Below are positions 40,337 through 54,276 of a DNA stretch of 64,000 nucleotides, one piece after another. The notes under the pieces were generated by a model. The model ran no database searches, had not been told where the DNA came from, and was given only the letters and a program-made list of their open reading frames with translations. This DNA comes from Octopus vulgaris. Lineage: Eukaryota. Every line of letters starts with the position of its first letter. Position 1 is the first letter of the stretch. The translations under genes were made by a program, and so were the position numbers. The stretch spans positions 98,890,001-98,954,000 of the forward strand of contig OX597814.1 in NCBI GenBank assembly GCA_951406725.2. Reading direction: 5' to 3'.

Positions 40337-41044
40337 CTATATATTAATATACAAAAACACACGCCCATTTCTGTGTTACGGGATAGAGTAGCTAAACCCG
40401 TAGGATGTGTATTGTTTGTTGTATATTTGAGCAGAGTTGATTGAGTATAAAATAAATTAATGTGATATGAATGCGGTGGGAATTTTGGGGTTAAAGAGTG
40501 AAATTTATTAACGAATTCATGAGCTCTGCTCAGAAAACACACCTTACAATTTTCCGAACATCTGTCTTTTCATTTGGATTTTGTGGTAATAAAACTTCTA
40601 TGAAGTGTGGTGTTTATGAACGCATATATAGATTCTCATGTCGTTGTAGTTAGTATTATTGTAGTGATTTGTTGTGCTGGGAGCGGAGGTGGTAACTGTG
40701 GTTTGTTTCATTCGTAGTCCTAGGGAACATGTGTTCTTGTTTGTAAAAATCGTACATTTGTGTTTTATTGTTCATTTTCCTTTGTACCCAATATGGTGGT
40801 GAAGAACGAGGCTATCCAGAATTGGTTATCATTTTACTAATTTCAGTAATTAGACTACGGCCGTACTGGAGTACCACAATCGGGAGCACCTTATTGAAAT
40901 ACGTATCCAGGACGTATTCTAATCTAAGATTTTATTTTATAATTCACTTTTAGCGATTTTGTATACCTGTGTATTACGGTGCGTTCAGCTGCGTTATTTA
41001 TAGCAAACAGTTAATGCTATATACACTCCCATTAATCGAATGTA

Positions 41045-41288
41045 ATCTTTTATTTGTTTCAGTCATTTGACTACGGCCAAGCTGGGTTTTTTAGTAGCAG
41101 AAATTGGCTCCAGGACTTAACATTTGTTAGCCTAGTACTTATTCTATCGATCTGTTTTGCCGAACCGCTATATTACAGGGACGTAAACACACCAACGTCG
41201 ATTGTCAAGCGATGGTAAGTGGGTGGGGTTAACAAGCACAGCTACATAAACACACACATAAATATATGAACATATATACATATATATA

Positions 41289-41361
<73 letters not shown>

Positions 41362-41615
41362 GAAAATGGGACAAGAACGCAATCATCCGTATAGACAATA
41401 CAAAGAAAATAAGGACGAGTCATTCGAAGTTTTCTATCTTCAGTCAAGAACCAGATTATCCTCGCAATTTCGGCTGATTATTCTGGTTCTTGACTGAAGA
41501 TAGAAAACCTCGAATGACTCGTCCTTGTTTTCTTTGTATCGTATAACTGGATGTCTTGTTGTCCCTTTTTGTATCACGTAGTTGTCCGGATGTTTTGCGT
41601 TCTTGTCCCATTTTG

Positions 41616-41681
<66 letters not shown>

Positions 41682-41685
41682 ATAC

Positions 41686-41735
<50 letters not shown>

Positions 41736-41890
41736 GAAGGGATTCTTTCAGTTTACGTGAACCAAATCTATTCACAAGGCTTTGGTCGGCCTCAGTCTAT
41801 AGTAGAAGACACTTAGCCAAGATGCTACGTAGTGGGAATGAACCCAAAACCATTGGGCGGGAAGCGCTCTTTACTACAAAGCCACACCTT
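41045..41890 (-). mobile_element. SINE family B, split by insertion of an inverted family-F element into its internal microsatellite
   Basis: Tail half at 41045-41260 and head half at 41733-41890, with (TA)n-flanked foreign DNA between them. Confidence 0.75.
41358..41617. repeat. inverted pair of family-F repeats in (TA)n
   Basis: ...ggacgagtcattcgaagttttctatcttcagtcaagaaccaga / tctggttcttgactgaagatagaaaacctcgaatgactcgtcc... arms around a spacer of about 26 bp. Confidence 0.85.
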
Positions 41891-43574
41891 GTTTTCATAA
41901 AGCACACAATTGAACGTACTGTAACAGACAGGTATACAAGATTACACATACACACACACACAAGTAATAATGTTTCGACCTTATCATTGCGCATAACATC
42001 AGATGATAAATACGTGCGTTATCAGTGGGAAACGAAACCTGTAAATATCTGGATGGAACGAGATCATGCTATGGTGTAACTAGTCTTACAAGATCATGCC
42101 AGGCTAAGATATCTCAGATATGCGTACAATATCTGTTAAATAATACAGGAAGCAGCGTGCAGCCTTGCCTTACCCTTGTTTAAAAACTGAAGATCCTGAA
42201 TAGCACTCACATGTACATATACGTACCTCTGTCTGTCTGTCTGTTTGTCCCGATGCTTAATGCACTGTTCTCTTATATAACCTGCAAAAATTACACAACC
42301 AACAGGAGTTAAATATTCAATGAATACATAAGTTACACATAAGCTGCTTCTATGTTCGGATAAAGTTACACATGAGCTACTTCTATTTTCGGATAGAGCA
42401 GTAATCCGACGGGTCTTTAGAGCGTACCGTTCATAACCCGGTAATCCTACATGTTAAATAATATGGCTATTCTGAGAAGAAACGCGAGAAGAAAAACGAG
42501 AAAAATTTACGAGGAAAACGTTAAAATTGTTTTAAGGGAAAGAGTAATAATTCCATCCATGGAATCTAGGTTACGTCCCTTTAGTCCATTCTGTGAAACA
42601 TGTTTAATGGTGAGTATTTATATCTACAAAAAATGTATCGGGTGTGAATAGCGGAAGGAGGAAAAAGCTAAAATTCGTAAACTGTGTGTCGAATTCAGTA
42701 AGCTGAGCGTCTTCCAGTTCAACAGCAGAAAGTTGTCGAGGTGTATAAATGTTGTAAAAATTTCTGACCTCGAATTTGGAAAGTCAATGCAGTTCTTCGA
42801 TCCAATAGTGTATATGTTCTCTCAGATATACAGAGCGTGAATATTTTTTGTTCCGCTAATGTATGGCATGTGTCTTTTTACGATATTCGACTTGAGGATG
42901 TGCCGTATATTGCTGTCCGCCAGATTTCAGATTTGGTCGATACCTTCGTGCATTTTCTTACTGTCTATATGCTTGAAAGAAGAGTAATGACTGGCGTATG
43001 TCTTTGTGAAGTCAATTTTGTACAGTTCAGTATTTTTTCCTTTCAGTTTCATTATTTGGCGAAACGGAAGCGACCCCAACTTCATAGACAACTGAACCGT
43101 GCATGCCTGGTATACTGGGCAGGCACATGAATTTCTGAAGATATAGTTTAGAGTGGGCATCTTGGTTGTCTTATGTGAAATGCCGTATTTTTTTATGTTG
43201 GTGCCGCAAACGTAGGAAACTTAAACGGAAAGTTTATTTAATATCTTTCTATATCTATAGCCATAGTATAGCCATTGTATAAAGGATCGCAACATTGTAT
43301 AAAGTACAACCGCAACAACAAAAAGATCATCTTCACGCGCGCACACACATGTCTTCGAGAGTCTTTCGAAAGTAGGTCAAGCGAATTTCTCGCGTGAATT
43401 TAAAAGGAATATGACTGGTAAATTAATATACCGCCAACTGCTTTTGAACACTGTACTTGATTCCAATGCCTCGATGCACAGCCATTTTTCTAACGTCAAG
43501 TGACGGACTACATTTTGAGAGATTGGCTGATCTTATCGTGCTTTCACCATACACATTTTCAAGATTATTAGGAA

Positions 43575-44599
43575 CTAGCATTATGACCCGTCGTTGCCGG
43601 GTCATAGTGCTAGTGCATGCATATATGTGAATATATATGTGTACATATTACATGTACATCTATATATATACATCTACACATAAAATACAAAGTTATATCT
43701 TGATATCGCTAGTGATAACAATACTCAAAATATATAACTGACTGGAATTGTAAGCCCGTCTCTTGCGATTTCGATCAATTGTATCTTGTCCTTCCTCTTG
43801 TACAGAAGTGTGGCTACAATCCAGCCTACTTCAACTTCTGGTGGGAGGACATTTTTAATTTTTATCCGGCACGTCCTACGTCCCAGATATAAAGGTAAAA
43901 ATAAAATATTTCCACTTTGCAAGTTCGAGTCGAGTACTCCCTTGCACGCTCCGTTGACTCGAACCTTGCTTCTATTGTGGCGAATTTACCGCCTCTGGTT
44001 AGATATCTTTCATAGTCGCACCAAGACACTTTTCGACGGTGCTTTCCTCTAGGTGTTCAAATCCTCTTTTTTCTCTACATTGTATACTTTATAGACAAAA
44101 GTCTTTTCTTTAAATTTAATTTTTTATTATTCATCTGGACTATTCCATTCCTGCACGCTAATTTTATTTTTAATTTATTCCCATTCATGTGAAACCACTT
44201 ATTCAAGTTCAAGTCATTGATGCAATTTTATACCAATTGCTCTTTTGTTATGTTACGATTATGTTATACTTTAGTTTGATTTTAATTATTACTTACTACA
44301 TATAATTCAATTGTTATTATTATTTTTATTATTAAAGTGAAAGTATCTGACATAAAATAGAGAAATGTTTTTGTTTCACTTTTAACACGTAATACTGAAA
44401 TAGTGGAGAAGATATGATATTGCTATGGGCTCGCTCTAGGCAAGAAGTTGAACATTTTTTTGCCCATGAAACTATATGGACCCTAAGTAAGTCATGTGTA
44501 AAATTTGAATGAAATTGGTTGTGTAGTTCTCAAGTTTTAGGGAAACACACAGACAGACAGACAGACAGACACACATTCTCAGTTTTATATATAGAGAGA
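43575..44599 (-). mobile_element. non-autonomous Helitron-type element (about 1 kb)
   Basis: A|TCtctctatatataaaac 5' end with (tgtc)n. The 3' end has a 17-bp stem (actagcattatgacccg / cgggtcatagtgctagt) ending CTAG|T. Confidence 0.75.
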
Positions 44600-44814
44600 T
44601 AATTGTTTATCAATGAAAGAAGCAGAAGTTGATGAAGTTTAGAATGCTGAGACGAAATCTTTCGTCGAGATTCATCGTCCTACAATCAATGCAGAGTCAA
44701 CCGTAGCCATGTTTTATCAATACCGTTACCAGGATTATGCCAATGTAAAGCAGTAAAATATGAAGACTGGTTGCGATATGAAGAACAGTAACAAAGTGAC
44801 AAGTACAATGGTTA

Positions 44815-45238
44815 AATGCATGTGCCGACGTAGCTTCCCAACCACACGGTTTCAGCTTCTGCTCCACTGTGTAACAATTCGAGCAAGTGTATTCTACCAT
44901 AGCTCCGGGCTAACAAAGCCTTGCGAATGGACTTGATAAACGGAAATTGAAAGAAGCTCGTTGTGCGTGTGTGTGTGTATAAATATATATATATATACTT
45001 ATGTATGTATGTATGTATGTATGTATGTATGTATGTATGTATGTATGTATGTATGTATGTACGTATGTATGTATGTATGTGCATATATATATATATTTAT
45101 ATATATATCACGTAAACCCGAAGTTTCTACCTTTAAAAACAAGGAGTTACACCCTTTTTACTTGTGTGATTTTTTGCTACCCTTGTAACTATTTATCTAT
45201 TTTTTCCGTGTTAATTGTTAACAAGAGAAAATACACAC

Positions 45239-45332
<94 letters not shown>

Positions 45333-45575
45333 GTGCGCGAGTGTGTATGTGTGTGTATCTTTGTGTTTGTACCCCCGTCACTTGACAACCGGTGTTGGTT
45401 TCATTTTGTCTTTAAAACTTAGTGAACCGCAAAAAAGAGACCAGTAGAATAAGTACCAGACTTTTAAAAAATAATTACTGGGATTGATTCATCCTTTCAA
45501 AGCCTTTCATGGCAGTGCCCCAGCATGGTCGCAATCAAATGATATAAACGAGGAACAAATAAAAGATAACAGTTA
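44815..45575 (+). mobile_element. SINE family B with greatly expanded internal microsatellite region
   Basis: Head at 44815-44960 (gcaagtgtattctaccatagc...cggaaattgaaagaagc) and tail at 45355-45575. Confidence 0.65.
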
Positions 45576-45824
45576 AAAGATACTGAATGGAACGCATCAA
45601 AATATAATGCATAATAAATTAAAAATTTCAATCATAAAGATAAGTTATTATTACTATTCATGGCAATTCCGCGCAGAAGAATAAGGGTCGCAACTCCCAC
45701 ATTCGTCACTGAATTACCATAAGGAAGGAAAGGCTTACGTTTCAGGTAGGACATTCTACTCTACACTCTAATGAAGAAATCTCCAACAAACACGAGACAT
45801 TGATTTTCTTTTATAAAAAATAAA

Positions 45825-46055
45825 TGCGCCCTTTTAAAGACTAGCCAGGCTCATGGGCCCGGTTTCTATGGCGTATGTGTTCCCCAGCTGGACGGGACGC
45901 CAGTCCATCGCAACGTTACTCCTTTTTACCTGCTGAGTGAACTGGAGCAACGTGAAATGAAGTGTTTTGCTCAAGAAGACAACGCCTCGCTCGGTCCAGG
46001 AATCGAAACCACAATCTTACGATCATGATACTGTCACCCTAACCACTAAGCCACG
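45825..46055 (-). mobile_element. tRNA-derived SINE: family D head with tail type 2
   Basis: Head gtggcttagtggttagggtg...gtttcgattcc, body like 400-480, tail like 27280-27375. Confidence 0.8.
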
Positions 46056-46492
46056 GCAAACTAAAATATTTCACTAAGTGAAGATTCTGTTTTGATCAAG
46101 TTCAAATTTGAGACGCATGCAAGAAAAGTTACAACTGGATGCTAACAAACTATTAATTGTTCAACTGATATGGCCATGCCATGTCTATGAAAAGCCTTCC
46201 AATCAAAATGGGTAAGAAGCCCATCTACCAGATATTTTAATCATAATATAAATAGTCAGAAACACGTATTCTTTCTCCGCACTAATTATTACTATTGATA
46301 GTTTCTTTCCGTATGTAGCCTAAAGGCTGAAAGCAAATTATAAATAAACAAAGCTAGCGACTCATAGCAATCCGTTCACACCTCAAACACGTGCACGCTA
46401 TTGTAGATGATCACGCTTTGGACAGAATGATATATGCATTTACATACATGCATACATACATACATACATACATACATACATACATACATACA

Positions 46493-46526
<34 letters not shown>

Positions 46527-46696
46527 CATACATATACACAAGCACACATAAATATATATTGCACATGATATCATATAATGTTATATGTATAATGTACAGC
46601 ATGATATATATATATATATTATATATGTAATTATCTAATATATATTTACACACATATACGTATATATGTACATTTATAAGTTTGTATATACATATT

Positions 46697-46741
<45 letters not shown>

Positions 46742-46742
46742 A

Positions 46743-46773
<31 letters not shown>

Positions 46774-46796
46774 ATATATCTGTCTGTCTATCTATC

Positions 46797-46995
46797 TGAC
46801 CGCGTGGGTATCGTTGGCGATTTTCTTTCTCCGTCTTCCCGTCTTTGGACTTTTTCTATATTTCTGATGAAGAGCTCCGCTCGAAACGTGAAATCCACTT
46901 CCTTTTCTTTCCTTTCCTGAGCATCCAATAACACTGTACTTATTTCACGTCCTGGCGTTGTTATTTTTTCTTGCTTGTTCATGTTTGGATTGGAC
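46797..46995 (+). mobile_element. short hammerhead-bearing element (family E) between (TATC)n and (CA)n
   Basis: Reverse complement of the 25.0 and 37.9 kb copies. Confidence 0.75.
46860..46894 (+). ncRNA. minimal type-I hammerhead ribozyme motif
   Basis: attt CTGATGA a gagc tcc gctc GAAA cg TG aaat. Canonical core, stem II gagc/gctc, palindromic stem III acgt. Position 17 is G, so this copy is likely inactive. Confidence 0.7.
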
Positions 46996-47008
46996 ACACA
47001 GACACACA

Positions 47009-47095
<87 letters not shown>

Positions 47096-47182
47096 CAACG
47101 TTTATGAATTTGTGTTGCAAGATTCCTGATGTGAAGTCGTGTATTGAAAGAGATATTGTTGTATTTTGGGATGGTCATTTTT

Positions 47183-47535
47183 TTTCACTCAAATAAACAC
47201 ATGCACTATATATTCGCTCTTCACTCATTTATCACTATTCTTATTCTAATTCATGTCCATTGTTCGGAAATCTTTCGTCACACATCTGTGACCTCCTCAG
47301 CAACACTTTCCGTCTTCGCGTGTGCTGTTGGACTGCTTATACCATTTTGTTCTTCTACAGTAGAGCAAGAAATAAACAAACCAAGAGCATATACGAAGAC
47401 GGAAAGTGTCGCTGAGGAGGTCACAAATGCGTTACGAAAGATTTCCGGATAATAGACACGAATTAGAATAAGAACAATAATAGACGAGCGAAGAACGAAT
47501 ATATAGTGCATGTGTTTATATGGCTGAAAAAAATG
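47183..47535. repeat. inverted pair of about 140-bp repeats, each carrying a hammerhead-like motif
   Basis: Minus 47264-47303: ttg CTGAGGA g gtcaca gatg tgtgac GAAA gatt TC cga. Plus 47409-47448: tcg CTGAGGA ggtcac...gttac GAAA gatt TC cgg. Confidence 0.75.
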
Positions 47536-47680
47536 CACATATCTGTATATACATATACACGATTCATGTATATATATGTGCACGTATATATGTGTACAGA
47601 CACACAAACGCACACACACACACATATATATATACACATACACACACATATATATGTATATATGTATATATATATACACG

Positions 47681-47720
<40 letters not shown>

Positions 47721-47836
47721 CACATACATACATACATACATAGATACATACATACATACATACATAAACTCACACGTATACAAATGTCAGAGCTAGTATA
47801 TATGACCGTAAACATATATATGAATACGAATATCTA

Positions 47837-47910
<74 letters not shown>

Positions 47911-48308
47911 CCTTTATTTATCTCACTCTTTCATTACTCACAACACACAAACACACACAACACACAAACACACATGCATACACTTGTTCACGTTCTTGTA
48001 TGCGATGCATACAGAGTAAATCCACAAACATACACATATCCATGCAAGTAGTTGTAACTACTAAATCAAATATACGAAGTTCAATCCATTACCCGCCTCT
48101 ATCAGGTTGGCTGTGCATAACGTAAGAAATCAATGATTCACTGGGTGTGTCTGTACCTCCCAGACTATGGGACCATAAAATAATATTTAGCCAGTGACAT
48201 TATTTAATATTCCAGCCCATACATAGTCAATGCCTCTCTCTATCACTCTCTCATTTGCGGTCTGGCTCAATTCGTGTGTATGTGTGTGTGCGTATGTATG
48301 TATGTATG

Positions 48309-48343
<35 letters not shown>

Positions 48344-48475
48344 TTTGTAAGCACAAAATGATTTATAAACATCTAATTGTAAAAGTGGAAAATTATCAGA
48401 AAAGCCATTCCTATCAATTTTTTCATACATGTATATACATATGTATACATATATATATGCATATATCTATATCTA

Positions 48476-48562
<87 letters not shown>

Positions 48563-48757
48563 TTATAGATATGTGTATATATATGCATACATTTGCATGT
48601 GAATATACCTATATATATTTATATATATATATCTGTGTGTGTGTGTGTATACGCACATATAAGTGCGTGTATATATATATATATATATATATACATATAC
48701 ATACATACATAAATATAACTGCAACCAGTTTGTATGGGTGTGCACATAAGCACGTTT

Positions 48758-48863
<106 letters not shown>

Positions 48864-49060
48864 GCATTTATCAAGTAAGACGGTCATTCAATATTGGCGA
48901 TCAGTGTGTTTGTTTAATCGAAAGCCCATCCGATACCCTTCAATTCCAATTGCTACTTGGGCAAGCACTATTTGGGCGTGTATCTGCCTCTGTGGGCGTG
49001 CATGGATGCGTGTGCTGCTTGAATGTGTATAAACATATGATTAAATGAATATATGCGTGT

Positions 49061-49187
<127 letters not shown>

Positions 49188-49799
49188 CGAGCGGCACAGA
49201 GAGACGGAAAAGCGTGAGTACTAAAGAGTTTGTATGAATAGCAAAATAAAAGGAAAAATGATAATGGAAATCGAGAGAGAGGGAGAGCGATGGAGAGAGT
49301 GAGTGATTGAGAGAGAGAGAGAGTGTGTGTGTGAGAGAGTGTCTTTGTTTGTTAGTGAGAAAAGAGAGAAAGAGAGAGAAAGAGTGTAAGTGTCTGCGTT
49401 TGTTAGCGAGAGACAGCGGAAGAAAGAGTGTGGGAGAAAGTGAACTCGTTAGAGAGAGAGAAAGAAGAATGAGAAAAAGAAGGAGAAGGAGACGAAGAGC
49501 AAATATAATGAAAAAGCGGAAAAGGGGAGAGAAGCGTTTTGATCGAATAAATATCGGGGGAAAAAAATGACTTAGAGTGTTTACGCTCGAAGTGATACTG
49601 AATTGATGGACAATCAGTCTATCAACGTTTTCTGTATATTTCATGCATTTTCACATCATTACATCCACCACCCAAACCAACACTACCACGACGACGACGA
49701 CGACGACTTTCTTCCTTTCTTTCTTTCTTTCTTTCTTTCTTTCTCCCAGGAAGAGTAGATATACAGAATTAAATGATCGAGCCGTGTGCCTATGTGTGC

Positions 49800-51025
49800 C
49801 TATACTCTTTACTCTTTTATTCTTTTACTTGTTTCAGTCATGTGACTGTGGCCATGCTGGAGCACCGCCTTTAGTCGAGCAAATCGACCCCATGACTTAT
49901 TCTTTGTAAGCCTAGTACTTATTCTATCGGTCTCTCTCCTTTTTGGCTGAACCGCTAAGTTGCGGAGACGTAAACGTACCAGCATCGGTTGTCAAGCGAT
50001 GTTGGGGGGACAAACACGCACATACACACACATATATATACATATATACGACGGGCTTCTTTCAGTTTCCGTCTACCAAATCCACAAGGCTTTGGTCGGC
50101 CCGAGGCTATAGTAGAAGACACTTCTACTATAGGTGCCACGCAGTGGGACTGAACCCGGAACCATGTGGTTCGTAAGCAAGCTACTTACCACACAGCCAC
50201 TTCTACGCCTATGTGTATGTGTGTGTATATATATTCTTTTACTCCTTTACTTGTTCCGGTCAGTTGACTGCGGCTATGCTGGAGCACGGCCTTTAGTCGA
50301 GCAAATCGACTCCAGAACTTATTGTTTACACGCCTAGTACTTATTCTATCGGTTCTCTTTTGCTAAACCGCTAAGTTACGGGGACGTAAACACAGCAACA
50401 TCGGTTTTCAAGCGATGGTAGGCGGGAACACAAACACAGACACAGAAATGCACACACACACACATGTATGTGCGTACATGCTTGTAAGCGAATATATGCA
50501 CATATGTATGTGTATGTATGTATGTATGTATGTATGTATTTATGTATGTATGTATGTATGTGTGCATGTATGCTTGTACTCTTTTACTCTTTTACTTCTT
50601 TTTGTTATTTGACTGAGGCCATGCTGAAGCAACGCCTTGAAGGGTTTTAGTCGAACAAATCGACCCCGGAAATTAATTACTTTTAAGCTTAGTACTGATC
50701 GGTCTTTTGCTGAACTGCTAAAGTTACGGAGACGCAAATACACTAACACTGGTTGCCAAGCGGTGATGTGGCAGTGAGGGGACGGTAAACACACACACAC
50801 ACAAACACACACACATACCAAAACACACACACATACCAAAACACACACACACACACACATATACATGAGGGGCTTCTTTCAATTTCCGTCTACCAAATCC
50901 ACTCACAAGGTTTTGGCCGACCCGAGGCTATAATAGAAGATACTTGCCCGAGGTTCCATGCAGTGGGTCTGAACCCATGACCATGTGATTGGGAAGGGAA
51001 GCAAGCTTCTTATCATGCAGCCGTT
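49800..51025 (-). mobile_element. cluster of three same-orientation SINE family B copies
   Basis: Copies at about 49800-50210, 50232-50450 and 50580-51025 share gactg.ggc.atgctg.agca, gaaccgctaagt and tttccgtctaccaaatcc motifs. Confidence 0.85.
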
Positions 51026-51054
51026 TCTTGTGTGTTTGTTTGTATGTCCGTATG

Positions 51055-51117
<63 letters not shown>

Positions 51118-51180
51118 GCGTGTGTGTATTGCTGGTTGGGCGCCGTATTTCGTTATGCATCAATAATATACTAGCCAATA

Positions 51181-51700
51181 AGGCGGCGTGCTGGCAGAAA
51201 CGTTAGCACGCCGGGCGAAATGCTTAGCGGTGTTTCGTTTGTCTTTATGATTAAAGACGGACGAAATGCCGCTAAGAATTTTCCCTTCTCGCCACCTTAA
51301 TATACTATCAAGTAAGACAGCAACCTGGCAGAAACGTTAGCACGCTGGGAGAAATGCTTAGTGGTATTTCGTCTGTCTTTACGTTCTGGGTTCAAATTCC
51401 GCTGAGGTCGACTTTGCCTTTCATCCTTTCGGGGTCGATAAATTAAGTACCAGTTACGCACTGAGGTCGATGTAATCGACTTAATCCGTTTGTCTGTCCT
51501 TGTTTGTCCCCTCTATGTTTAGCCCTTTGTGGGTAGTAAAGAAATAGGTATTTCGTCTGTTTTTTACGTTCTGAGTACAAATTCCACCTAGGTCAATTTT
51601 GCCTTTCATCCTTTCGGGGTCAATAAATTAAGTACCAGTTGTGTATTGGGGTCATTCTAATCGACTGCCCTCTGCTTCCCCAAAAGTTTCGGGCCTTGTT
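51181..51700 (+). mobile_element. SINE family A cluster (fold-back head plus dimeric copy)
   Basis: Head ggcggcgtgctggcagaaacgttagcacgccgggcgaaatgcttagcgg, and bodies at 51380-51480 and 51565-51665. Confidence 0.85.
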
Positions 51701-51851
51701 TCGGGACTTATGTCAATGCTGTGTCCTGCCTATGTAGGCAGTGCGATTAAATAACTTTTTAAAGGTATTTCTATTGATTTCATGAAAGTTTCCACGTATC
51801 GTATATGAATACATCTATGTAAACAATTCGATGGACAATAGAAAAAGTAAG

Positions 51852-52156
51852 TGATCACGGTGACCGACCAGGCTATCAGATGTTGCTACACATCTCTGGT
51901 CAAATGCTCTTCGCATTGTTTTAGCCTTCAAATGACGCCACCCCGCTGGCTAAGCGAGCAGGCTAACAGAAGGATGAGTGAGAGAAAGTTGTGACGAAAG
52001 AGTACAGTAGGGATCGCCACCACCCTCTGCCGGAGCCTCGTGGAGCTTTAGGTGTTTTCACTCAATAAGCAATCACAACGCCCGGTCTGGGAATCGAAAC
52101 CGCGATCCTACGACCGCGAGTCCGCTGCCCTAGCCACTGGGCCATTGTGCCTCCAC
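51852..52156 (-). mobile_element. tRNA-derived SINE family C, tail type 1, full length
   Basis: Colinear with 10712-11010. Head gtggaggcacaatggcccagtggctagggcagcggactcgcggtcgtaggatcgcggtttcgattccc. Confidence 0.85.
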
Positions 52157-52467
52157 AGAAAAATAAGTATTGAGTGAATATGCAAATTTCAGGAGTTATT
52201 GCTCTTTCTTCCGCACCATATCCAACCCATTAAACCCACAAACCATTAAATTTAGCTGCGTAACACAACTGAATATATCAATTTTATATTTTAAGCACAT
52301 TCCTGACAGCCTGTACGTAGATATAAATTGCTTATAGGGCGACCATATTTCTTTATACCACCATAATATACTGCCAGGTAGTTTAAGTAACGACTTGACT
52401 CGGACTCTATTTAACTATATTTTGGGACTCTTGGGACGGAGTCATCTTGTAAGATATTGTAAGATAT

Positions 52468-52720
52468 ATTCTTTTATTCTTTTACTTGTTTCAGTCATTT
52501 GACTGCGGCCATGCTGGAGCACTGCATTTAGTCGAAGAAATCGACCTCAGGACTCCATTCTTTGTAAATCTGGTACTTATTCTATCGGTCTGTTTGGCCG
52601 AACCGCTAAGTTACGGGGACGTAAATACACCAGCATCGGTTGTCAAACGATGGTGGAGATGGGGAACAAACAGACACACACGCAAATATATGTATATGTA
52701 TATATATATATGTGTGTATA

Positions 52721-52807
<87 letters not shown>

Positions 52808-52925
52808 GTACAACGGGCTTCTTTCAGTTTCCGTCTACCAGACCCACTCATAAGCCTTTGGTCTGCCCGAGGCTATTGTAGAAGACACTTCCCCAAGCTT
52901 CTTACTACACAGCCATGCCTGCGCC
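52468..52925 (-). mobile_element. SINE family B with long internal (TA)n
   Basis: Same diagnostic motifs as 32440-32852. Confidence 0.85.
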
Positions 52926-53085
52926 TATATGTAGATATCTGATGAGATTTTTCCGCCCTACGCGCTCACGCATCTTAAAGTCATGTAACGCTGAATGAAA
53001 CTGTTATTAAAAGTTATATGTAATTCGTACCAAATTTAGTGATACTTTCTTTCGTTTGTCCATACACTCATATACAGATATATAA

Positions 53086-53186
<101 letters not shown>

Positions 53187-54214
53187 ACTCAGCTCTATAT
53201 TACTTAGAGCTCTGTGGCCATAGAACACTCGCATATAATCAGATATTTTAAGACAGAAGAGAGAGAATTGAAAAAAAAATGACTTCTAGTGAGAGTATTC
53301 AGGTTTCCACTGCTCAGTTCAGATAACGTTATTTTCTTCTCATCCACAATATTACAGACATTCCATAAATATATATTTATGTATGTAAAAATGCACACAG
53401 CATTTATGTATATACCTGTGTGTGTATATATGTGTATGCATATACATACATATTTGCACATTCACACACACACACAATTCATGTTTATTAATCGTATACA
53501 CTGATGAGAGATGACAAGACCAAAATACCCCTTAACTGTCACTTAGCTCATTAATAAAGATCAAACTTTTAACTTCTAATCTCTTACTAATATCCATATC
53601 CTCTGATTGAGAAAGCTTGAGATGTCGAGAGTTTCATACAATAAGTAGAAATCAAGTACTGGGGTCGATGTCTTTGTAATATCAGACAAAATTTTTATAG
53701 TTTTCTGCTAATATTAGAAATCCATGATTTCATATAAAGCGGAAATACCTGTTGACGTGTATTATGGTGATGATACATGTTTATCCTATATGATTCCATT
53801 TATAATTTTATGGACATTAAAGCGTACCAGCAAATAATGGTGAAAAAATATATATATAAAACTCAGTGACCGCAACAACAGTATGGACAATTCCTTGCTT
53901 CACACATACGTAAATAATATATTGAGCACGCTGTCTGGGTTCGATAACAGTAAGAAATTCATTATACTTTAATTACAACTTGTGTCACTGAGTTCTGTTA
54001 CAACAAATTACTTGGAAAGGAATGTCTGCCTGAGCAAAAGTAGTAGAGATGAGTTAAATCAAGAATTACAGAAGAGCTTTTTACAGAAACCACACTGAAT
54101 ATATTTTAAAGTTTATCAAATCTGATTCCAGTTTGTCTTCGGTATCTTTATCTGGACATTTCTGTATGTAGAGTTTTCTCTAAACATCCACGCACGAATG
54201 CGCACTCACCCACA

Positions 54215-54276
<62 letters not shown>

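Noticed and set aside
49200-49790. GA-rich tract and pyrimidine-CAG as a promoter or exon
   Set aside because: Low-complexity sequence with no ORF or donor site to support a gene model.
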